Shown: positions 25,122-37,275 of the stretch, piece by piece | How the letters are laid out: each line of letters starts with the position of its first letter | Numbering within the stretch: position 1 is the stretch's first letter | Assembly (NCBI GenBank): GCA_038087875.1 | Contig: CM075997.1 | Coordinates: forward strand, 3,846,001-3,910,000 | Direction of reading: 5' to 3' | From: Malacoraja senta | Taxonomy: Eukaryota | Length of the DNA: 64,000 nt | Notes under the pieces: model-generated | What the model saw: the letters and a program-made list of their open reading frames with translations, nothing else | Databases searched by the model: none | What the model was told of the DNA's origin: nothing | Program-made: the position numbers and the translations under genes

Positions 25122-25683
25122 ATGTACTTGCGTACAGTTTTGGTCTCCTAATCTGAGGAGAGACATTCTTGCCATAGAGGGAGTACAGAGAAGGTTCACC
25201 AGACTGATTCCTGGGATGGCAGGACTTTCATATGAAGAAAGACTGGATAGACTCGGCTTGTACTCGCTGCAATTTAGAAGATTGAGGGGGGATCTTATAG
25301 AAACGTACAAAATTCTTAAGGGGTTGGACAGGCTATATGCAGGATGATTGTTCCCGATGTTGGGGAAGTCCAGGACAAGGGTCACAGTTTAAGGATAAGG
25401 GGGAAGTCTTTTAGGACCGAGATGAGAAAAAGAAATTCACACAGAGAGTGGTGAATCTGTGGAATTCTCTGCCACAGAAAGTAGTTGAGGCCAGTTCATT
25501 GGCTATATTTAAGAGGGAGTTAGATGTGGCCCTTGTGGCTAAAGGGATCAGGGGGTATGGAGAGAAGCAGGTACAGGATACTGAGTTGGATGATCAGCCA
25601 TTATCATATTGAATGGCGGTGCAGGCTCGAAGGGCCGAAAGGCCTACTCCTGCACCTATTTTCTATGTTTCTATGTTTCTATG
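25122..25683 (+). mobile_element. CR1 LINE 3' fragment, (TTTCTATG)n-tail subfamily
   Basis: Near-identical to the 3' part of 39935-41710. Confidence 0.9.
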
Positions 25684-25949
25684 AATTTCCCCTTTGATCA
25701 TCTTGCAACAGCAGGAGGCTCTCATAGTGCACTTTCAAAAGTTATAAATTGCGTTAAATATGTCAGGATGGTTGCAGATAGAATTCTGAACAGTGTTGCA
25801 TGAGCTATTGTCTAACTCAAAGGCAATTGGGACTGTGGTCCAATTAAGGGCAATGGACATGTATGTAAGTTAGCATCATGCTGTTAATAGCCCATGTCTT
25901 TTCTACCATTTATGGTTTATCTGTTTAAGTGTTTCACACGCAGATTGGT

Positions 25950-26297
25950 TTACTGCATGAAACCACAGAGCTTCGAAGGCTTCACGTAGTCTCTCACATA
26001 TAAAATAGAAAAATTAAACAAGTACTTACCGTTTGAAGTTTGATCTGTATTTTATGAGAAGTTGAAGTGAGGGACTACGTGCCCTCCACTCCCAACCCTG
26101 ATTCTCATAAAGATCATTCGGTAAGTCAAACATTCTTAATCTTTCTATAATTTAAGTTCGTGCCAGTGGTCTGTGGTTTCATAGTTGCTTTGTAGATTGA
26201 CGCGCATGCGGGCTGGCGGGCTTTCACGTATTCCCTCACTTCAACTTCTCATAAAATAAAGATCAAACTTCAAACGGTAAGTTCTCGTTTAATCTTT
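25950..26297. mobile_element. Probable DIRS-type (tyrosine recombinase) retrotransposon right terminus (ICR plus terminal repeat)
   Basis: Inverted arms of about 69 bp (26013-26081 / 26225-26293) contain ACTTACC/GGTAAGT. They are preceded by a short direct copy (25981-25997) of the start of the right arm. No coding part is present. Confidence 0.55.
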
Positions 26298-26514
26298 CCA
26301 TCAGCTTTCTTCACTGCCTGCTGTACCTGCACGCCAACTTTCAGTGACTGGTGTACAAGGACGCCCAGGCCTCGCTGCACCTCCCCCTTACCTAACCTAA
26401 CCCCATTGAGATAATAATCTGCCCCCTTGTTTTTGCCGCCAAAGTGGATAACCTCACATATATCTATGTGACTGACTGTTATAAACCAGCATCTGCATTT
26501 CCTTTCCACTAACT

Positions 26515-27035
26515 GTGAGCAATTTTGGGCACCATATCTGAGGAAGGATGTGCTGGCTCTGGAGAGGGTCCAGAGGAGGTTTACCAGAATAATCCCAGGA
26601 ATGAGTAGGTTAACCTATGATGAGCGTTTGTCGGCACTGGGCCTGTACTCGCTGGAGTTTAGAAGCACCTCATTGAAACGTACAGAATAGTGAAAGGCTT
26701 GGATAGAGCGGATAAGGAGAGGATGTTTCCACTAGTGGGAGAGTCAAGGTCATAGTCTCAGAATTAAAGGGCGTAGCTTTAGGAAGATGAGGATAATTTA
26801 TTTTAGTCAGAGGGTGGTGAATCTGTGGAATTCTTTGCCACAGACGGCTGTGGAGGCCAAGTCAGTGAATATTTTTAAGGCAGAGATAGATAGATTTTTT
26901 ATTAGTACGGGTGTCAGAGGTTATGGGGAGAAGGCAGGAGAATGGGGTTAGGAGAGAGAGAAAGATCAGCCATGATTGAATGGTGGAGTAGACTTGATGG
27001 GCTGAATGGCCTCATTCTACTCCTGTCACATGACC
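26515..27035 (+). mobile_element. CR1 LINE 3' fragment, (TGACCTTA)n-tail subfamily
   Basis: Degenerate CR1 ORF2 end (WAPYLRKDVLALERVQRRFTR) and 3' UTR. Confidence 0.85.
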
Positions 27036-28445
27036 TTACAACCTTACACATATAGCCTGCCCTGATTGGTCCTGATCTTTTCTCCCTGGTGTAGGGAGTG
27101 CATGCAAATGTGGGATAACTTACAACCCGTGTAAACAAGTGGTCCATGGCCGGTATGGACTCAGAGGGCAGAAGGGCTTGTTTCTATGCTATTTCTCCTA
27201 ACTAAACTAAACTAACACAAAGTGCTGAAGTAACTCAGCGGATCAGGCAGTATCTCTGGAGGACATGGTCACCTCAGTGTGAAGGAGGGTCGCGGCCCAA
27301 AACATCCAGAGATACCACCTGAATTGCCGAATTACTCCAGCGCTTTATGCAGTATATCATTCCAGAGACCTTAGTTCAATCCTGATCTGTGCAGAGGTGC
27401 AGAGTTAATGGGCTGAAGGGCTTGTTTCCATGAGTACCTCATAAGTTATGGGAGCAGAATTAGGCCATTCGGCCCATCAAGCCTATTCCGCCATTCAATC
27501 ATGGCTGACCACTCTATGTTGCCCTCTCAACCCCATTTCCTGCCTTCTCCCCATAGTTCCTGCTGGTAATCCTCATTTAAGATGTAATTCAACACTGGGA
27601 TAGTATAATGGAGGAAACATTCCTTCAGGTTTACTGCCGTGGGCTGGAAAGTATTAATTACCCGTTCCAACGCACAACTGAAAAATTAAGTTTGGGAATT
27701 TCCCTAAAAAGTTTTCACTAAATATCCCTAATGCTCTTCACACCTAAATGAAACAACAAATTCTTAACAAAGTGCGTAGTCCAGGAAAATAAACATTTAC
27801 TGAAAGTGAGGAAATAGTCTTTAGGAGTATTCACTATAAAACTTGGGCGGTTGCCAAAATGGCCGCTGAATCTCAACCCTACGATCAATGCTCTCATACT
27901 TTACCACACCCCCGCAATTTTCTAGCCATGCTTAATCTGTCTAAGTATCTTTAGTTTAGTTTAGTTTAGAGATACAGCGCAGGATCAGGCCCTTCGGCCC
28001 ATTAGGTTCGCACTGACCAGCGATCCCCGCACACTAACACTATCCTACACACACTAGGGACAATTTGCAATTAAACCAATTAACCTGTACGTCCTTGGAG
28101 TGTGGGAGGAAACCGAAGATCTCGGAGAAAACCCACGCAGGTCACGGGGAGAACGTGCAAACTCCGTACAGACAGCATCCGTATGATTCAGGTCTGGCTC
28201 AATTGACAAACTTATCTTCAAAAGTTTATAGGTTTTAGGAGCAGAATGAGGCCACTCGGCCCTTCAAGTCTACTCTGCCATTCTATCATGGCTGATCTAT
28301 CTCTCTCTCCTAACCCCATTTTACGGTGTTATGCAGTACTTGCTATATATCTGTTGGACAATGGTCAGATGATGGAGAGATGACTACACATATCTCCCTG
28401 AAAGTGGCAGCACAAGTGGATTAAGTGGAGGAGACAGTAGATTAA

Positions 28446-28760
28446 GGGCAGTCACGGTGGCACAGCGGTAGAGTTGCAGCGAAAGCAGCGGCGGAGACCC
28501 GGGTTCGATCCTGACTACGGGTGCTGTCTGTACGGAGTTTGCACGTTCTCCCCGTGACCTGCGTGGGTTTTCTCCGAGATCTTCGGTTTCCTCCCACATT
28601 CCAAAGACATACAGGTTTGTAGGTTAATTGGCTTGGTGTAAATGTAAAAATTATCCCTAGTGGGTGTAGGGTGGTGTTAATGTGCGGGGATCGTTGGTCG
28701 GCGCGGACCCGGTGGGCCGAATGGGCCTGTTTCCGTGCTGTATCTCTTAACTAAACTAAA
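28446..28760 (+). mobile_element. tRNA-derived V-SINE (HE1-like), full length; one of dozens of copies and fragments
   Basis: Pol III A/B boxes, V-domain and (TAAAC)n tail. Other near-complete copies lie at ~3640-3937(-), ~41820-42107(-), ~42296-42555(+) and ~60850-61140(+). Confidence 0.88.
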
Positions 28761-29218
28761 GAAGGCATATGGTATGCTTGCCTTCATGAGACGTGGATTA
28801 GCATGGAAACAGGCCCTTCGGCCCACCGAGTCTGTGCCGACCAGCGATCACCCCGCACTCCAGCACTACCTTACACAGTAAGTGTAATTACAATTTGAAT
28901 TGTCAGTGTCATTAGAAAATATAGAAAACATTGTTGAGGCCGCTGTTGTGTTAAATGTTTACAAGATTGTGGCTGGCTTTAGCAGATTAGTAGATTAATC
29001 TTTAGTAGATTAATCTAGTCTACATTTTCCCCTTTGATCTCTCGTTTTCACACCTCTTTTCAGAAGTAGATGAGGAAAAAATTATTTAGTGGGTGGTGAA
29101 TCTGTGGAATTCTTTGCCACAGAAGATTGTGGAGGCCAAGTCAGTGGATATTTTTAAGGCAGAGATAAATAGATTCTTGATTAGTACGGGTGTCAGTGGC
29201 TATGGGAAGAAGGCATAG

Positions 29219-29710
29219 CCTTCGTGGCTTGGTTCGGCAACTTGAGCTCCCAGGAGCGGAAAAGACTGGAAAAAGTTGTAACCACTGTCCAGTCCGTCAT
29301 CGGCTCTGACCTCCCCACCATCGAGGGGATCTATCGCAGTCGCTGCCTCAAAAAGGCTGGCAGCATCATCAAGGACCCACACCATCCTGGCCACACACTC
29401 ATCTCCCCGCTGCCTTCAGGTAGAAGGTACAGGAGCCTGAAATCTGCAACATCCAGGTTCAGGAATAGCTCCTTCCCCACAGCCATCAGGCTATTAAACT
29501 CAACTCAAACAAAACTCTGATCATTAATAGCCCATTGTACTTTATCAGTTTATTTATTCATGTGTGTATATATTTATATAATGGTATATGGACACACTGA
29601 TCTGTTCTGTATTCATGCCGTCTATACTCTGTTGTGCTGAAGCAAAGCAAGTATGTCATTGTCCTATCTGGGACACATGACAATAAACTCTCTTGAATCT
29701 TGAATCTTGA
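29219..29710 (+). mobile_element. Rex1/Babar-clade LINE 3' fragment
   Basis: AWFGNLSSQERKRLEKVV...IIKDPHHPGH...LPSGRRYRS...RFRNSSFPTAIRLLN, then GACAATAAA and a (TCTTGAA)n tail. Confidence 0.85.
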
Positions 29711-29976
29711 AGGCAGGAGAATGGGGTTAGGAGGGAGAGATAGATCAGCCATGATTGAATGGGTGAGTAGACTTGATGGGCCGAATGGCCTAATTCTACT
29801 CCTATTCCTTATGACCTTATGACCTTATGACCTTATGACCTTACCCTTCCATATCTCTGTGTCTCCCTCTCCCCTCAGTCTGAAGAAGGGTCTCGACCCG
29901 AAACTTCACCCATTCCTTATAGCTAGAGATGCTGCCTGTCCCGCTGAGTTACTCCAGCATTTTGTGTCTATCTTCG

Positions 29977-32085
29977 GTGTAAACCAGCACCTGCAGTTCC
30001 TTCCTGCTCAATAGGAGAATTCCTTTCCATATCAACAAATGCTTCAAAGACTTGAGATTATGGACTTAAATTTTACGAAATTTTAAAAGCTACAAGATGG
30101 TAAAAAAATATTTGTATCCAGAGGTTAGGATCTGAAATTCGCTGTCTGGATGTAAGGAAGTAAGGAGATGAGGAGGAATTTCTTTAGTCGGAGGGTGGTG
30201 AATCTGTGGAATTCATTGCCACAGAAGGCTGTGGAGACCAGGTCAATGGATAATTTTAAGATAGATAAAGTCTTGATTGGTACAGGTGTCAGGGGTTATG
30301 GGGAGAAGGCAGGAGAATGGGTTGAGAGGGAAAGATAGATCAGCAATGATTGAATGGAGGAGTAGACTTGCAGGGCCGAATGGCCTAATTCTGCTCCTAT
30401 CATTGATGAACCTATGAAGAAACATTGTTAAGTGGGACCTTCAATAGGGAACCACAAAGGGAAACTAAAACAGAAAATGCTGGGAACGCTCTGCAGGTCA
30501 CGAAGCACGTGTGGAAAGAGAAACAGAGTTAACATTTCAGATGATTCATCGGTACCTTTTCATAAAAGCAGTGACCTGAAAGTTGAACACTGTTTCTCTT
30601 TCCGCACGTGTTACCTGACCTACAGAGTGTTTCCACCATTTTTCTGGTTTTGTTTCAGATTTCCAGCATCTGCAGGATTTTGGGGGATTTTCGTTGCAGG
30701 TCAGTATTGACTGCCGAGCGCACTGAGCCACCCTTAAACCTGGAGCCCAGTCGTGCTGTGGGGACACACAGAGGCGAGCGTGAGAGGGAACGTGTTTTCT
30801 TGTGCCTTGAGATCACCATCGGATCATCTTGATTTCGACAGCAACCCAATGGCTTCATGGGACTTAGTTTCCATGCTGTATCTCAAGTGAGTCACGAAGG
30901 TTTTATTGTCTTGTGTCCCAGACAGAACAATGATATTCTTACTTGTAGCAGCACAACAATGTCGAACATAATATTCTGCAAACAATATAATAAAGGAGAA
31001 AAAAAAGCTTGGTTAGTGTGTATATATACCAGTGTGTAAACCAGCACCTGCAGTTCCTTCCTGCTCAATAGGAGAATTCCTTTCCATATCAACAAATGCT
31101 TCAAAGACTTGAGATTATGGACTTAAATTTTACGAAATTTTAAAAGCTACAAGATGGTAAAAAAATATTTGTATCCAGAGGTTAGGATCTGAAATTCGCT
31201 GTCTGGATGTAAGGAAGTAAGGAGATGAGGAGGAATTTCTTTAGTCGGAGGGTGGTGAATCTGTGGAATTCATTGCCACAGAAGGCTGTGGAGACCAGGT
31301 CAATGGATAATTTTAAGATAGATAAAGTCTTGATTGGTACAGGTGTCAGGGGTTATGGGGAGAAGGCAGGAGAATGGGTTGAGAGGGAAAGATAGATCAG
31401 CAATGATTGAATGGAGGAGTAGACTTGCAGGGCCGAATGGCCTAATTCTGCTCCTATCATTGATGAACCTATGAAGAAACATTGTTAAGTGGGACCTTCA
31501 ATAGGGAACCACAAAGGGAAACTAAAACAGAAAATGCTGGGAACGCTCTGCAGGTCACGAAGCACGTGTGGAAAGAGAAACAGAGTTAACATTTCAGATG
31601 ATTCATCGGTACCTTTTCATAAAAGCAGTGACCTGAAAGTTGAACACTGTTTCTCTTTCCACACGTGTTACCTGACCTACAGAGTGTTTCCACCATTTTT
31701 CTGGTTTTGTTTCAGATTTCCAGCATCTGCAGGATTTTGGGGGATTTTCGTTGCAGGTCAGTATTGACTGCCGAGCGCACTGAGCCACCCTTAAACCTGG
31801 AGCCCAGTCGTGCTGTGGGGACACACAGAGGCGAGCGTGAGAGGGAACGTGTTTTCTTGTGCCTTGAGATCACCATCGGATCATCTTGATTTCGACAGCA
31901 ACCCAATGGCTTCATGGGACTTAGTTTCCATGCTGTATCTCAAGTGAGTCACGAAGGTTTTATTGTCTTGTGTCCCAGACAGAACAATGATATTCTTACT
32001 TGTAGCAGCACAACAATGTCGAACATAATATTCTGCAAACAATATAATAAAGGAGAAAAAAAAGCTTGGTTAGTGTGTATATATA
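29977..32085. repeat. Near-perfect tandem duplication, 1057-bp period (29977-31028 and 31034-32085)
   Basis: Identical ORF sets are offset by 1057. I found one difference by eye (CCGCACG vs CCACACG). Confidence 0.95.
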
Positions 32086-32154
32086 TAAATATATATGTGT
32101 GTGCGCGTGTGTACATGTGTGTGTGTGTGTGTGTATACACTGTATATATATATA

Positions 32155-32412
32155 CTACACCAAGTGGGACCCGTTGGGTCCCGTCCCCTCAAGGCGCGGT
32201 TGTGGGGGGGGGGGGTGCGGCCTGCGGCGTCACACACACACACTAACCACCCCCACACACACACACACACACGAACCGCCCCCCCCTTGATATTATATTA
32301 ATATTATTAATTCGCTCCTTTTATCCCATCCCCCGCCCTATCCACTCACGCATAGCCCCCAACTCGCAGGCGCAGCTAGAGGGAGAGGGAGGGGGGTGGA
32401 GAGAGAGAGGGC
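32155..32412 (-). mobile_element. Probable Helitron-like 3' terminal remnant
   Basis: On the minus strand a GC-rich hairpin GGGACCC-AAC-GGGTCCC (32166-32182) is followed 7 nt later by GTAG|T (canonical CTAG|T), next to a TA microsatellite. Confidence 0.5.
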
Positions 32413-33839
32413 ATGTGTAGGAAGGAACTGCAGATGCTGGTTTAAATGGAAGAGACATAAAGTGCTGGAGTAACTCAGCGGGACAAGCAGCATCTCTGGA
32501 GAGAAGGAATGGGTGATGTTTAGGATTTTTTGGAATTCAGAATGTCCGAAGACATCTGGTTAATTGAATCCCATTCCCAGCTCCTGCGAATCCCATTCCC
32601 ATCCTCACCGATCCTCATTCCCAACTACACGGACCATGCTCCCGGGCTTTGGCTTGCCCCTCATGTTTTGGGTATCATCTTGGGAGGTTGGTCTTGGAGG
32701 GGAGGAGGATGCTCCTCAAACTGCGGAGCATCCTGGACAATACAGCTCACACCCCCTCCATGACACACACTGGTCAACCTGAGGAGCACCTTCAGCAACA
32801 GACTGGTTCCACCAAGATGCAGCACAGGTGACGTTTTGGGTCGAGACCCTTCTTCAGTCTACGTAGTTCAGAGCTTAAGTGGAAGTTTTAAACACTGCAA
32901 TTCCCAATGACCTTCAGTGAAGCATAGTTACTAGTCTGATGTCCATTATCTCCAAACTAAACTAAACAAAACTTATATTGTAGCTATGCCTCACTGCCTG
33001 AAGTTCACTGGCCACCTGCCTGGGCAAGTTGTGCCTTCCTGAGTGTGTATTGTACAGGCTAGTGTGCCCTTGGGCATTGCCAGAGCAGTGCCCGACCTCG
33101 ATCAGTATCAGCGGGCAACTGCACTCGTAGAATGGCTCTGACATCTGGCGAGACCCCTCCCAATATCCGCCACATCTGTCACTATTTAGTTTAGTTTAGC
33201 TTAGTTTAGAGAAACAGTGCGGAAACAGGCCCTTCGGCCCAACGAGTCCGCGCGGAACACCAACTCCCGCACTAACACTATCCAACACACACTAGGGACA
33301 ATTTACAATTTACACCTGTACCAAGCCAATTAACCTACATACCTGTACGTCTTTGGAGTGTGGGAGGAATCTGAAGATCTCGGAGAAAACCCACGCAGGT
33401 CACGGGGAGAACGTACAACCTCTGTACAGGCAGAATTGAACCCGGGTCTCTGGCGCTGTAAGGCAGCAGCTAAACGTGTCGTCTGATTTAGTTAAGATGG
33501 CTAGAATAGTTTCAACATGGACCAAACACAGAAAAATGGATCTGGCTCAGGTAGGCACCTCGGTCGGCATGGACGAGTTGGCCCGAAGGACCTCATCCCA
33601 TGTCCTGCCATCTTCGGACTTAGGATCCTGGGACTCATCCACCAAAGTCCCTCTGCTCCTCAAAACTCCCTCAGGTCCCGCCAGTCACCGTGCATGTTCC
33701 AATCTTAATATTGAGTAGAAACAAAGAACTGCAGATGCTGATTAATACTCAAAAGGACACCATGTGATGTAAGTCAGGCAACATCTCCGGAGAACATGGA
33801 TAGGCAACATTTCGGGTCAAGTCTGAGGAAGGGTCTCGA

Positions 33840-34592
33840 CCACCAGGTGGCGCCAGCAATGGCTGCCTCACCAACAGTCCTTTCCTTCTTTGTGTTGTGA
33901 TTGTATGTGTTAAATGTATGTTCTTTAGCTTGTTTTATGTGGGGGGTGGGGGAAACATTTTCTAATCTCTTACCTCGACGGAGATGCGAATTTTCTCCGT
34001 ATTGTATCTCCGTCCGCACTGCGGCTCAACATCGAGGAGTTGGCGGCCTTTTGCTGGAGACCGACTTTTGAGAGCTCCATCGCGGGGAGCCTACGGGACT
34101 TTAACATCGTGGGGCATGCGATCCCTTTGCCAGGGGTCGACCTCGGAGCTCCAACCACGGAGCCCGCGGCCTCTGGTCAGAGACCGACTTTGGGAACTCC
34201 AAGCCGCGGGAGATTTTCGACCGCCCCAACGCAAGAGTTTCAAATGCCCCGATGCAGGAGTTTCGACTGCCTCGACACGGGAGTTTCGACTGCCCCGACA
34301 CGGGAGTTTTGGTTGCCCCGACTCGGGGACTTCGACTGCTGGCTGCGGGAGCTTCGATCGCCCCGACGGATGGTTCAACTGCCCCGACCGCTGGAGAAAT
34401 AAAGAGGAAGTTTAGATTTTATTGCCTTCCATCACAGTGAGGAATGTGGGGAATCCGCTGTGGTGGATGTTTATGCTAACTTTTATGTAGTTGTGTGTCT
34501 TGTTGCTATTTTTTTCGTATGGCTGTACGGTTAATCGCATATCACGGGACCTTAATCGGTACACGTGACAATAAAAGACCTTTGAAACCTTT
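33840..34592 (+). mobile_element. Unclassified non-autonomous retroposon with internal ~21-bp repeats and a Rex1-like 3' end
   Basis: GGGAGTTTCGACTGCCCCGAC-like units at 34205-34390 and a 3' GTGACAATAAA with (CCTTTGA) tail. A related reverse fragment lies at ~42975-43160. Confidence 0.55.
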
Positions 34593-37275
34593 GACCCGAA
34601 ACGTCACCTATCCACGTTCTCCAGAGACGTTGGCTGACCCGCTGAGTTCCTCCGGCACTTTGTGTCCTTTGCAATCTTATTCATTCCAAGGAGCATCTCT
34701 GGATCCGAGAGCGTCCCAGATGAAAAACCAGCATAGGAATGTCAAGGAATGAAAAGCGGTTTGGAGATACGTGTAAATGGTGAGGAGGAATTTCCTTCCT
34801 CTGTTTCGTGTGTTATGCTGCGGGAAAAAAAAACGAGGAAATCCTTGCCAGTATCTCCAATTTTCCTGCTCAGAGGAAGGATATCCAAGGGCACGGAGAG
34901 GAGGGAAAATCCCGCTCCGATCCCGCTGCTACAACTCCCACTTCTGGTTTGCTCAACCCAGCTGCGTGACCTTTGACCCCCCCCCCCCTATCCGACATTG
35001 CCCAAATGGAGAGATGGCAATGGGATTTTCATCAACTTCCATCAACTTCCTCCTGTCTCCTGGCCTGGGATTAATTTTGGTTCCGATTCTCCGAAGTGCG
35101 GTTCCTCCGACTTCCCAAAAGCCGGGCCCTCCCCGTCTTGACATAAATGAAAGTCTTAATTATTTGTGTTTACGTAAGGTGCATGTGTTGGAAATTCCCC
35201 GACAGTGTGTCCAAAACGGAAGCCAATGTTCGGGCCTGTTCCCCCACGGCCCACGCCGCCCTCTGCTGGATCCCCGATCGGGATGTCCCGCATGCTGGGA
35301 GTGAGTTACAACCTGGCTCCTCCGGTGACTGAGTTTGTTACTGCAACAGCCAGTACCTGGACCTAGACCAGCTCCACCTGGAGATAGCTCACCTGGTGGA
35401 GACCACAGCACAATAATAAGGGGTAAGCCATTTAGAACGGAGACGAGGAAACACTTTTTCCTCACAGAGAGTTGTGAGTCTGTGGAATTCTCTGCCTCAG
35501 AGGGCGGTGGAGGCCGGTTCTCTGGATACTTTCAAGAGAGAGCTACATAGGGCTCTTAAAGATAGCGGAGTCAGGGGATATGGGGAGAAGGCAGGAACGG
35601 GTACTGATTGGGGATGATCAGCCATGATCACATTGAATGTCGGTGCTGGCTCGAAGGGCCGAATGGCCTACTCCTGCACCTATTGTCTATTGTCTATAAG
35701 AGAGTCAAAGAGTCATAGAGGCCCTTCGGCCCACAGCATCCCTGCTAGACTGGATATAGGCCTGGATAGAGCGGATGTGGAGAGGATGTTTCCAACAGTG
35801 GGAGAGTCTAGAACATGCGGTCACAGCCTCAGAATTAAAGGATGTTCCTTTCGGAAGGAAATGGGGTGGTGAATCTGTGGAATTCATTGCCGAGGAAGGC
35901 TGTGGAGGCCAAGCCAATGGATATTTTCATATCACACCTTACCCTTCGATATCTCTGTGTCTCCCTCTCCCCTGATTCTGTCGGAGGAAGGATATCGACC
36001 CAAAAGGTCACCTATTCCTTCTATCCACAGATGCTGCCTGGCTGTTACTCCTCCATTTTGTGTCTAACGTCTGTGCTTGAAACTTGGCTGATCTGAGACT
36101 TATTTGAAGATGCTGAGATTTCAATGTTCAGACACCAGACCATTTGTACTCTTCAGGTTTATATGCACCAGTTGGACAAAATACATGTTGGACAGGGACA
36201 TGGATCGGAAAAGTTTAGAAGGAGAGACACAACTCGGCGGGTCAGGCAGCATCTCTGGAGAAAAAGGCAAGGTGACATTTCTGGTCAGGACCCTTGAAAG
36301 GTCTAATTCTCCAGAGATGCTGCCTGACCCGCTGAGTTACTCCAGCACTTAGCGTCAATCTTTGATATAAACCAGCTTCAGCAGTTCTTTGTTTCTACAT
36401 TAAGGTTTAGAAGGATATGGGCCTAACCCAGGCAGGTGGGCCTAGTTTAGATGGGGGATCTAGGTCAGCATGGGCAAGTTGGGCCGAAGGGCATGTTTCC
36501 ATGCTGTATGATTCTATGCCAAGAATTCAATGGCTCAAACAGTGGTGGGTTCAAATCCTCCCTTCGCTCTCAATGGACTTTGGCCTTTAGACTTTAGAGA
36601 TACAGCGTGGAAATAGGCCCTTCGGCCCACTGAGCGATCACCACATACACTAGTACTATCCTACACACTAGGGACTATTTACAATTTTTACTGAAGCCAA
36701 TAAATCCACAATTTCCAGTCTTTGGAGAAATCCCACGGGGTCACGGGGAGGACGCATCATCTCCGTACAGGTAGGACCCGTGGTCAGGATAAAGTTGCCC
36801 CTCAGGTGCTACCCCAGTCACGATAGGCCGAATGGCCTTCTTCAGTCCTTGGAATCCGGAATTTGGAAAGGAATCTGATGAATGCTAATGGCGGCAGCCT
36901 GTAGTTTGTGAAACTTCCCCCTGAGGTAAAACTGCGTCGGAAGCTGTGGCTCGTGGTTCATCCTGCCTGGGCGTAAGTCATTGTCAGCTGAGACTGAGAT
37001 CCCCAGGGAACTTTGTCCTGGTCGTAAGTACGATCAACTTGCAGCGTGTGGAGGGTACGGGAAGAGGAAACAAATTGAGGTTAAGATACACGCAGTTTAT
37101 TAATTACAATGCTCAAACCGTACATTAGATGACTGAGGTTTGAAATTAAGCTCTACAGAGTGCTGGAGTAACTCAGCGGGACAGGCAGCATCTCCGGAGA
37201 GAAGGAATGGGTGACGTTTCAGGTCAAGACCCTTCTTCAGACTGAGAGTCAGGGTAAAGGGAAACGAGAGATATA

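Noticed and set aside
28446..28520. tRNA-like A/B boxes (many copies)
   Set aside because: These are SINE heads that continue into the V-domain and LINE-like tail, not tRNA genes.
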